Shown one piece after another: positions 24,848 to 31,659 of a DNA stretch of 64,000 nucleotides (positions are counted from its first letter, which is position 1; every line of letters starts with the position of its first letter). The notes beneath the pieces are model-generated. The model was not told where the DNA came from and did no database searches. It saw only the letters and a list, made by a program, of their open reading frames with translations. A program made the position numbers and the translations under genes. Source of the stretch: a virus; the IMG/VR virus record IMGVR_UViG_3300045988_160093. One strand, given 5' to 3'.

Positions 24848-25583
24848 AGCATATAGATTGTGCGTTGTATGGGAGGTTCATCGGGCAAACATAGAACGGA
24901 TTGTGCAGGTCATAATGAAGTTTCTCTGCCATAGAGACGGTGTCACTCCATAGGTTGTAATCAAGTTCCTCGGTCAAATATCCGTGCTTCCATGCAAGTT
25001 TGACAATCTCCTGCTTGAATTGCAGTCTGTTCAGCAAAAGAAGTTCGGCAACCCTCGGTCTTTGCTTGAGGATAGTTTCAATGAATGGGAATGTGTCAAC
25101 GTGTAAATCATCTGGAAGCCAGACATAGTTCCTGCCTATCAGGTAGAACTGGTTCTCCCTGTAGTTACAGATAACCTTTTCGGCTTTCCTCGAACGGACG
25201 AATAATTTTGAGTAGGATATATCAGTCAGGCGGTTGTAATATCCGTTCTTCCTGTTGGTCCTAACCTCCATCGGGCTGTCCATCAAAAAGGTGTCGTAAT
25301 AACCGCAGGTTGCGAAACGCTGCTTTGCTCTCACAACGTTTCCGTGTGCGCTTACCCATACCTGCATGAACTCCCTGCAAACATTGTTCTTCTTCTTGTG
25401 TTTCACAAAGGAGAAATACCTCACAACTGAAAATTCCTTCTTCTGTTCCAACACTGCGTAATAGACTTTGCTATTACATTTTGGAGTCTCTTTGCTGAAT
25501 TTCTCGACGATATGTCGAGGCAGAGGAAGGAGTGTCTGTGACAACTCCTCCGCTCTCTTCTGTATTTTCGTTCTTGGTCTCAT
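24837..25583 (-). CDS. PcfJ-like protein, N-terminal part (probably one gene split by a frameshift)
   Basis: 248-aa ORF that ends 11 nt inside the next ORF. See the finding on the frame junction. Confidence 0.45.
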   Translation of the reverse strand: MRPRTKIQKRAEELSQTLLPLPRHIVEKFSKETPKCNSKVYYAVLEQKKEFSVVRYFSFVKHKKKNNVCREFMQVWVSAHGNVVRAKQRFATCGYYDTFLMDSPMEVRTNRKNGYYNRLTDISYSKLFVRSRKAEKVICNYRENQFYLIGRNYVWLPDDLHVDTFPFIETILKQRPRVAELLLLNRLQFKQEIVKLAWKHGYLTEELDYNLWSDTVSMAEKLHYDLHNPFYVCPMNLPYNAQSICFET

Positions 25584-25849
25584 ATTTTATATCTCCCTTG
25601 TTTTGTTGCTTTCCCGAACATTGTTAGCTGTGTCCGTCCAAAACTTTGTGTGTCACTATAATAAGGCGTATAAGTTAAGGCTACATCTTCATCTCTATAG
25701 CTTTTTGCATAAATGAAATGGCTGCTTAGTCTAACACCTTTCTTCACAAAATGAATTAATGCCCTTTTCGCTTCTTTAAGTGTGCGATACTTTATCTCTT
25801 GCGAAATTATAGGATTAAAAATGCCAATAATATAATAATCTATCTTCAT
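25580..25849 (-). CDS. hypothetical protein
   Basis: 89-aa ORF with a 4-nt overlap with the downstream gene. Confidence 0.5.
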   Translation of the reverse strand: MKIDYYIIGIFNPIISQEIKYRTLKEAKRALIHFVKKGVRLSSHFIYAKSYRDEDVALTYTPYYSDTQSFGRTQLTMFGKATKQGRYKI

Positions 25850-25850
25850 A

Positions 25851-26231
25851 TCAGAACAGGCTTAACTCTTGGTGTTTCGGGTTCTTAGTCTCTTGCTTTG
25901 CCCTCTTGGGTTTCATCGCTACCGTCTTGGGCTGCGGTTTCGGCTCTGTAGGTTTCTCGGTCGAAACGTTCTCGGGCAATGGCTCTGGCTTCACATCGTC
26001 TTCTTGGTAGTAGTGGATAATGTGGTTGAGCATCGTCTCATCATCCCAGTAGCACGTCCTGCACCCTCTCGCTTCGTCCGTCGGTGCGTCCTTGACTGCC
26101 TTGAAAGCCTCGCCAGTTACGTACTCCGCAAGTTCTTTCAGGCTTTTGTTCGGTTTCGACAACAACGATTTAAAGTCGCTGTCCTTCTCTGCCTGTTTGT
26201 CAATGAGTTTCTTTAGATAATCTGTCAACAT
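25851..26231 (-). CDS. PcfK-like protein
   Basis: 126 aa. ...MLNHIIHYYQEDDVKPEP followed by a Lys/Pro-rich tail resembles the PcfK-like family (HYY-x-ED block). Confidence 0.5.
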   Translation of the reverse strand: MLTDYLKKLIDKQAEKDSDFKSLLSKPNKSLKELAEYVTGEAFKAVKDAPTDEARGCRTCYWDDETMLNHIIHYYQEDDVKPEPLPENVSTEKPTEPKPQPKTVAMKPKRAKQETKNPKHQELSLF

Positions 26232-26237
26232 AAGCTA

Positions 26238-26591
26238 CTATACTTTGAAATTGAAAATACGTTTGTTCTTCTCGTTCTCCTGCTTGATTAGGACCTTGTA
26301 AGACTCCCATTTCAATATCAGTTCCTCGAGCATCTTAAACGGTTTCTCTGTTGTTCTAACCAAAGACAAAAGAGTGTTCCGCTTCAATCCTCGGTAAAAG
26401 TGTTTCCGCTGGATTACGAAAAACTTCTCTCCGTCTCTCTGCTCGATCGAGATGTTTTCACCCTCGATGTTGACAACTCCTGACTCCATTTCAATGGTAA
26501 TATCAATCTTGTTGTTGTCCTTAATCCATTGTTGGATGTCACTCCAACAACGGATTATCTGAATGTTCTTGTTTACGTCTGTCTTTTTCAT
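26238..26591 (-). CDS. hypothetical protein
   Basis: 117-aa ORF. Confidence 0.5.
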   Translation of the reverse strand: MKKTDVNKNIQIIRCWSDIQQWIKDNNKIDITIEMESGVVNIEGENISIEQRDGEKFFVIQRKHFYRGLKRNTLLSLVRTTEKPFKMLEELILKWESYKVLIKQENEKNKRIFNFKV

Positions 26592-26827
26592 TCTGCAAGA
26601 TGATAATTAAATTCTTTCATCGCTCTTGATAGAGTCGAGAAAGGTACGGACTGCAAAATGTGTCCTCCGTTCTCGTCGCAAAGTACTACATTGTAGTCTT
26701 CGTCAATTCCCTCTCTTGTCAAAAGGACGTACATCCCTTTGTATTTCGCATATCCTTTCTGCATTACTTCAACGTTCTGGATAGCTTCTTTCAGAACCTT
26801 TTTTCGCATTCTGTCATACATATTCAT
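26588..26827 (-). CDS. hypothetical protein
   Basis: 79-aa ORF with 4-nt overlaps on both sides. Confidence 0.5.
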   Translation of the reverse strand: MNMYDRMRKKVLKEAIQNVEVMQKGYAKYKGMYVLLTREGIDEDYNVVLCDENGGHILQSVPFSTLSRAMKEFNYHLAE

Positions 26828-27108
26828 TTCGTTTTGATGTTTAACTCCTTGTTGATAGTCTCTCGGATTGTCTTAGATAAATACTGTCGATACCACTTGC
26901 CGTTTTTGCTAACCTTACAGATATAGCATGAGCCTGTCTTACGGTTAACCACTATCGGGTATGTCTTTCCGTTGGCTTCGTACTTGTAAGACGTAACAAG
27001 CGTGTCTCTTGCTGCTTTCGCCTGTACAAAGGTGTTGCCCTTTCTCGTCGTCTGCCCTGCTGCAAATATCGTGCAGAATAGGGCTACTGTCAATAGTAGA
27101 TGTTTCAT
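26824..27108 (-). CDS. secreted small protein (signal peptide)
   Basis: MKHLLLTVALFCTIFAAGQ looks like a signal peptide. Confidence 0.5.
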   Translation of the reverse strand: MKHLLLTVALFCTIFAAGQTTRKGNTFVQAKAARDTLVTSYKYEANGKTYPIVVNRKTGSCYICKVSKNGKWYRQYLSKTIRETINKELNIKTK

Positions 27109-27284
27109 AACTCTTCCGCTTTAATGGTAGTTCCTTGATAATCGCTTGCGGTCAAGATATATTCGTCCGCTGAAGCTTTGTAATACTCTGTTGCAACTTT
27201 GTTTGTTGCGTCTTCTCTGTCTTCTGCATCGACAAAAAACTCTTTCGTCAATGTCTCGGTTACTGTTACTTTAAACTTTTTCAT
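27105..27284 (-). CDS. DpnD/PcfM-like small protein (59 aa)
   Basis: MKKFKVTVTETLTKEFFVDAEDREDATNKVATEYYKASADEYILTASDYQG fits the DpnD/PcfM pattern. ATGA overlap with the next gene. Confidence 0.5.
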   Translation of the reverse strand: MKKFKVTVTETLTKEFFVDAEDREDATNKVATEYYKASADEYILTASDYQGTTIKAEEL

Positions 27285-27368
27285 AATCTTGTATTTTAAA
27301 TGTTAGAAAATTGGTAGCCAGTGGCGGTGTCGCTCCGCTTGGTTTCTCTCCCTCACTGGCTTTAGGTT

Positions 27369-27512
27369 TCATTTCAAAATCTCTTTAAGTGAGATTAGGT
27401 GCTTCTGAAGCTCTGCTAACGTTGAGAGCTGCGCTACGGTGTCACAATAGTTCATCAGTGCTCTCACGCTCTCGTTTATAGCTTTCAATTCGGTGATTAC
27501 TTCTGCTGTCAT
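27369..27512 (-). CDS. small hypothetical protein (start re-set to MTAEVITELK)
   Basis: ATGA overlap with the upstream stop at 27509-27512. Confidence 0.4.
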   Translation of the reverse strand: MTAEVITELKAINESVRALMNYCDTVAQLSTLAELQKHLISLKEILK

Positions 27513-27781
27513 TTCTCTGTAAAAATTAAAGTTATTATATTTTCTGTTGTCACTTGCGTTATACAAACGCTCGGATCAATAGATTTCTTTCTCTCGTTGA
27601 CGGTTGAGGCTATATCCTCTATCTCGCCTTCCTGCATCTTGATGTATGCTTTGGTCTCGGTGCGGTATAGGATTGTCTTCCGTCCGTTAATCTCACCTAT
27701 CAAGGTATTAATTAGCTCTCGTCCTGTGCCCTCGTCGAATATCCTCTTCAACAATGTAGGGCTTGCGCTTCTTGTTGTCAT
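27509..27781 (-). CDS. hypothetical protein
   Basis: 90-aa ORF. Confidence 0.5.
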   Translation of the reverse strand: MTTRSASPTLLKRIFDEGTGRELINTLIGEINGRKTILYRTETKAYIKMQEGEIEDIASTVNERKKSIDPSVCITQVTTENIITLIFTEK

Positions 27782-28080
27782 ACTCCGTACAGATTTACTA
27801 TTATACTATAATGCCCTAAAGCATCGAAAATTCTCATGCTCGTTGCCGTTCTGCCTTTAATCTCTATATCCCTGCACCACTGCTGCACCTCCTTTATGGT
27901 TTCTTTCTTGTCGCAAATGATATTCAGAATACTGCTTTCAGGCACTACGAATACCCTAACATTCCTGTCTATACCGACAACGCCCTGGAATGTGTACGTG
28001 TCGTTCTTCTCTTCTTTTGTAAACTTGTCGAAAAGGCTGTCAATCGCTTTTAATAGATTAATCCACGCTAAATCTTTCAT
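27778..28080 (-). CDS. hypothetical protein (start re-set to MKDLAWINLL)
   Basis: The track's N-terminal extension overlaps 28095..28316. Confidence 0.5.
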   Translation of the reverse strand: MKDLAWINLLKAIDSLFDKFTKEEKNDTYTFQGVVGIDRNVRVFVVPESSILNIICDKKETIKEVQQWCRDIEIKGRTATSMRIFDALGHYSIIVNLYGV

Positions 28081-28094
28081 ATAGTTTCTTTTTT

Positions 28095-28316
28095 TTATCC
28101 GAACACATTGTAGAGCTTCGCCCTGCCGTGTGTCTCTCTTAGTTCTTTCAACATAGAGCGTTTCAATTCGCCCTGAAAATTCTCTCTGATGTATTTCTCG
28201 CACGTTTTCTTGTTCCAGAAATACACTACCGAATTGCCTATTCCGTTTTTCAGGCAAAACCACATCTGCCCTCCGAGAACATCGGATAGCCCTGCTTTCT
28301 GTGCTTCAAATGTCAT
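28095..28316 (-). CDS. hypothetical protein
   Basis: 73-aa ORF. Confidence 0.45.
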   Translation of the reverse strand: MTFEAQKAGLSDVLGGQMWFCLKNGIGNSVVYFWNKKTCEKYIRENFQGELKRSMLKELRETHGRAKLYNVFG

Positions 28317-28359
28317 ATCCTAATCGTTATAATTTTAAGTTCAAATTAAATTGCTCGGT

Positions 28360-28630
28360 GTACGTTGAGCGCCCAACGTCTACAAGCATGTAGCCTAACT
28401 TCTGCGGTTAACGTCTGCATATCGACGTGTGATTTTTACGTTATCACACAAACGGATTACGTTGTCTCGGTTTACAGTGTTGTCTCACGATTTCCGCTTT
28501 CAGTCCTTTTTATTAATGAGGGAGTCGGCTCAAAGGGAACTTCTAATCGCAAATCTATACCCTCCACGTGTGTAGGTAGGGTAGACGTTGCATCTACCCC
28601 GAACGGCTTAAATACCGTATCTACCCTTGA
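28360..28630. promoter_or_regulatory. ACGT-core repeat / short-palindrome cluster (regulatory region or origin candidate)
   Basis: Eight ACGT cores fall in about 230 bp: TACGTTG x2, AACGTCT x2, TTACGTT x2, ACGTGTG x2. Palindromes: GTGTGAT/ATCACAC and GGGTAGA-cgttgca-TCTACCC, plus an extra TCTACCC. Confidence 0.4.
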
Positions 28631-28767
28631 AACTTGCTGCAACCGTGCAAACTCGGTGTGCCGTTGATTAGACAGGTACACTCGTCAAACTCTGGAGCTA
28701 TCGGGCTGAAATAATACCTGCAAAACTTGCAATAAATGCAGCAATACGACTGTTTCTCTGTTATCAT
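28621..28767 (-). CDS. small Cys-rich protein (48 aa)
   Basis: MITEKQSYCCIYCKFCRYYFSPIAPEFDECTCLINGTPSLHGCSKFQG. AGGAGG lies 8 nt upstream. Confidence 0.35.
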   Translation of the reverse strand: MITEKQSYCCIYCKFCRYYFSPIAPEFDECTCLINGTPSLHGCSKFQG

Positions 28768-28778
28768 AGTTATTCCTC

Positions 28779-28883
28779 CTATTCTTTCGTAAACTCGTTA
28801 TAATGTCTACCTACATAAATACCCAGAATGTAGCCAACTACCATTGTGACTACAGATAACCAAATCAATAAATCAGTTGTCAT
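28779..28883 (-). CDS. small single-TM protein (34 aa)
   Basis: MTTDLLIWLSVVTMVVGYILGIYVGRHYNEFTKE. Confidence 0.3.
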   Translation of the reverse strand: MTTDLLIWLSVVTMVVGYILGIYVGRHYNEFTKE

Positions 28884-29088
28884 CGACTACCCTCCCATCT
28901 ATTTTTGGATATGTGGCATCAATCAATCTGCACACGTGGTCGCAACCGTCGTATCTCTCTAACGTGCCGTCCTGCTCCATTTCCTGAAGGAGTAGATATA
29001 CATCACTCTTTAGTTGCTCGTTCTCTCTGCTGGCGGTGCAGCTACACAAGCTAACAACCGCCAATGTTGCTAATACTAAGTTCTTCAT
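28873..29088 (-). CDS. lipoprotein (start re-set to MKNLVLATLAV)
   Basis: Signal peptide with a lipobox-like VSLCSC. Confidence 0.55.
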   Translation of the reverse strand: MKNLVLATLAVVSLCSCTASRENEQLKSDVYLLLQEMEQDGTLERYDGCDHVCRLIDATYPKIDGRVVDDN

Positions 29089-29114
29089 ATCGTTTCTTTT
29101 TAAGTTAAATTCGT

Positions 29115-29162
29115 GCCGTGCGTGGGCTTGAACCACGGTGTGAGCCTCTATACTCTCACGGC
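29115..29162 (-). other. tRNA acceptor/T-arm minihelix-like element
   Basis: The minus strand reads GCCGTG-...-CGTGG-TTCAAGC-CCACG-CACGGC. This is a perfect T-arm-like hairpin closed by a 6-bp stem. Confidence 0.35.
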
Positions 29163-29175
29163 TAAGGGTTATCTT

Positions 29176-29240
29176 CTCGCAGGTGTCCGTATGTTAAGTA
29201 TGTCAATGACCGCTTGTCTTTAGTTGACGTTGCAAAGGTA
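29176..29240. repeat. copy A of a ~65-bp promoter/leader block
   Basis: About 80% identical to 30141..30204 by hand alignment. Contains TTGACATACTTAACATACG and GACGTTGCAAA. Confidence 0.8.
29233..29240 (-). promoter_or_regulatory. -7 box TACCTTTG (minus strand) with -33 TTTG at 29260-29263
   Basis: The plus strand reads CAAAGGTA, with CAAA 19 nt further right. Confidence 0.5.
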
Positions 29241-29359
29241 TAGAAATATTCCGATAATACAAAAGAAAATACAGGAATAATGTAATAATTAACACGGATT
29301 TAACTATTATAGCCCTTGTGTTAACTTTTGTTTGTAAATATCGGGTATATCTTATAATA

Positions 29360-29391
29360 TTTGGTGTATTCTTATAAATTAGTTATCTTTG
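29360..29391 (+). promoter_or_regulatory. Bacteroides-type promoter for the first HTH paralog
   Basis: TTTG at 29360-63, a 20-nt spacer, then TATCTTTG at 29384-91. Confidence 0.5.
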
Positions 29392-29426
29392 CATCCATTA
29401 TTAATATAATATATATATTATATAAT

Positions 29427-29678
29427 ATGGATTTAAAGAAAGCTATTAGGGCGCATGGCTCAACAATTAGCGCTTGTGCGGATTATCTGGGTATAACACA
29501 ACCGTCATTAACAGAACAAATTAAAAATGGGACTATCGGTTTAAAACGTGTTGAACTGATAGCTAAATTTATTGGCTGTTCTCTGCCCGAACTGGTTGCA
29601 GACGATAACGACAACAACAAGTGTGAGGTTCTCTGCCCTCACTGTAAAAAACCGATAACAATCACAATATGCGGTTGA
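29427..29678 (+). CDS. XRE-type HTH protein with C-terminal CPHC knuckle (paralog 1; start re-set)
   Basis: MDLKKAIRAHGSTISACADYLGITQPSLTEQIKNG...CEVLCPHCKKPITITICG. Confidence 0.6.
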   Translation: MDLKKAIRAHGSTISACADYLGITQPSLTEQIKNGTIGLKRVELIAKFIGCSLPELVADDNDNNKCEVLCPHCKKPITITICG

Positions 29679-29679
29679 T

Positions 29680-29967
29680 ATGAGATTTAAATCAGTGCTT
29701 AAAAAATACAAGTTGACACAAAATGACTTAGCAGAGAGACTCAACATCAATCGTGTATCAGTGTGTCGATTACTCGCAGATGATAACGACATCAGACTGT
29801 CTACAATAGTCAAGATAGCACACGCTGTAGGATGCTCCCCAGCTGAGCTAATCGATGATACAGTAGTAGAGACTACAGATGACTCTAATACTAACACTGT
29901 CGCCCTGACCTGTCCTCACTGTCACAAGAGCATCCGCCTGAGCATCCAGAGCGATGGCAACGACTAA
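29680..29967 (+). CDS. XRE-type HTH protein with C-terminal CPHC knuckle (paralog 2)
   Basis: LTQNDLAERLNINRVSVCRLL...LTCPHCHKSIRLSIQSDGND. Confidence 0.6.
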   Translation: MRFKSVLKKYKLTQNDLAERLNINRVSVCRLLADDNDIRLSTIVKIAHAVGCSPAELIDDTVVETTDDSNTNTVALTCPHCHKSIRLSIQSDGND

Positions 29968-29998
29968 TTTTGCGAAAGTGTTCAAAACTTCGCATCCG
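29903..29998. repeat. copy A of a ~95-bp repeat covering the gene 3' end plus downstream hairpin
   Basis: Contains a 58-nt stretch (29920-29977) identical to 30619-30676. Confidence 0.85.
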
Positions 29999-30140
29999 TT
30001 TCTCTTGATTTTTGTAATTTCCATATTCTTATCTCCTATATTAGTTATACATTGTCCTCTTGTCGGTCTCGCTCCGATTATAAGGTCTACCCCTCAAGAG
30101 GTGTTAATCGTTAATCACTCTGTTATGTGTTCTCCTGCTC

Positions 30141-30204
30141 CTCGCAGGTGTCTCGTATGTTAAGTATGTCAAAGGTCGCTGTCCTAATCGACGTTGCAAA
30201 TGTA
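30141..30204. repeat. copy B of the ~65-bp promoter/leader block
   Basis: See 29176..29240. Confidence 0.8.
30197..30204 (-). promoter_or_regulatory. -7 box TACATTTG (minus strand) with -33 TTTG at 30225-30228
   Basis: The plus strand reads CAAATGTA, with CAAA 20 nt further right. Transcription would run antisense through paralogs 2 and 1. Confidence 0.5.
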
Positions 30205-30358
30205 GGGATAAAACCATACATCGCCAAATAATTAACACGAAAATGTAGGGATTTAACGCTAATTTAACTAAAACAAGATGAAATGTTAAACCCATACATA
30301 ATTTATTAACACTTGCTAAACGTCGTGGTATAGGCATACATATATAAGATATAAGCTG

Positions 30359-30366
30359 TATCTTTG
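30359..30366 (+). promoter_or_regulatory. -7 box TATCTTTG for HTH paralog 3
   Basis: Lies 25 nt upstream of the ATG at 30391. Confidence 0.4.
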
Positions 30367-30390
30367 CCGTAATACTATAACCTTACATAT

Positions 30391-30666
30391 ATGGATATAA
30401 AAAAAATTGCTAAAGAAAAAGGCTACACGATGGCGAGAATAGCCGACGAATTAGGGATTAACCGTGTAACCCTCGCACAATCCCTCAATGGTAATCCAAC
30501 ACTACACAAGTTGCAGGATATAGCTAATGTTCTGGGATGCTCTGTTGGGGACTTCTTCCGTGACGAGATGGGGGAGGATAAGTCTAACAATCCATCCGTC
30601 TCCCTGACCTGCCCTCATTGTCACAAGAGCATCCGCCTGAGCATCCAGAGCGATGGCAACGACTAA
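30391..30666 (+). CDS. XRE-type HTH protein with C-terminal CPHC knuckle (paralog 3)
   Basis: YTMARIADELGINRVTLAQSL...LTCPHCHKSIRLSIQSDGND. Confidence 0.6.
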   Translation: MDIKKIAKEKGYTMARIADELGINRVTLAQSLNGNPTLHKLQDIANVLGCSVGDFFRDEMGEDKSNNPSVSLTCPHCHKSIRLSIQSDGND

Positions 30667-30697
30667 TTTTGCGAAAAGTGTTCTAAATTTCGCATTC
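30602..30697. repeat. copy B of the ~95-bp 3'-end repeat
   Basis: See 29903..29998. Confidence 0.85.
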
Positions 30698-30699
30698 GG

Positions 30700-31659
30700 T
30701 CTCAAAATTCTCGGGTATGTATGTTCTAAACTTCTTATTTGTAAAGATAAAATCAAAAAGAACAATCTGCGTTAAGCCAAATGTATAAATTGTCAATCTT
30801 ACACAAGTGAGACGAGAGAGACAACGACAATGAGGGACTTAATGATTTGATTGTCAAAAAAGTTGAAAAAAGGCGAGGTTAAGGGATTTTGACGAATTTT
30901 GCAAAATCTCTTCCCAACATCTGCGAGAGCGGAAAATCACACATTATATAATGCTAACTTAGCGCCACATACGTATTGACATTGCTGTCGTGCGTGTGTG
31001 GCGTTCTTTGTCTTCCTGTATCTCCGTGCGCCCCCAGATGTGTTTTCGCTTCTGCTTCCTCGATGCCGTACCGTGTGCCTTGTTCCCTTCCCTCCAGATG
31101 CGTTCAGGAGGGCGAAAAAAATCGAAAATCGAGCGAAAATCAATACATAATCAATACACGATGTCGTGTGCACGTGTGTAAGTAGCTGATGTGTAGCGAG
31201 TTGGCACGTTAGGTTCTGTTCCTATTAGGAGTAACACGTGATTTTTTTTGCGACACGATACCTTCTTTTCTGCGATACATGCGTGATGTGTGCGTGTGCG
31301 ATGCGAGTACGAGGGTGAGGATGGTTGCTGGCAGCACGGACACGTGGCGATGGTGTGGACGATGCGGAGCGGTGGACGGGTGGCACACGCAGGTGCATCA
31401 CACGCATACCCAGACCCCCGGGGGCATAGGTACCTCGGATGCGGGTTCACTCGTAGAAAGCACACATACTTTTCAAGGGGGGGGCTATAGGTACCCCCTT
31501 AAGAGGAGGTAAGTATATATTTTTCAATTTCCTTTATGGTGTTGATATTATACTGATTGTCAAATATTATTTCATGGTATTGGTATTTGTGAAAGCTGTT
31601 GGTGCAGGAAGGATATATAGGAGAATGTTTAAAAGGATAACATTAAAAACAGATAGAAT
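30700..31659. other. ORF-free, compositionally skewed region (ori / packaging-site candidate)
   Basis: Only Arg/Cys/His-rich junk ORFs. A pyrimidine-rich arm (about 30990-31100), an AT-rich core with short direct repeats (31105-31160) and a purine-rich arm (about 31290-31400). CCCCCGGGGG and two GGGGC(T)ATAGGTACC copies are present. Confidence 0.5.

Noticed and set aside
29900-30700. Possibility that the near-identical repeats represent a CRISPR array or IS ends
   Set aside because: There are only two copies about 700 bp apart. Each covers the 3' end of a paralogous HTH gene and its terminator. There is no repeat-spacer periodicity, transposase or target-site duplication.
30937-31512. Six overlapping ORFs (60-104 aa) on both strands in the 30.9-31.5 kb gap
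   Set aside because: All are Arg/Cys/His/Pro-rich with no start context. They overlap one another in a region of strong strand-composition skew, so it is treated as non-coding.
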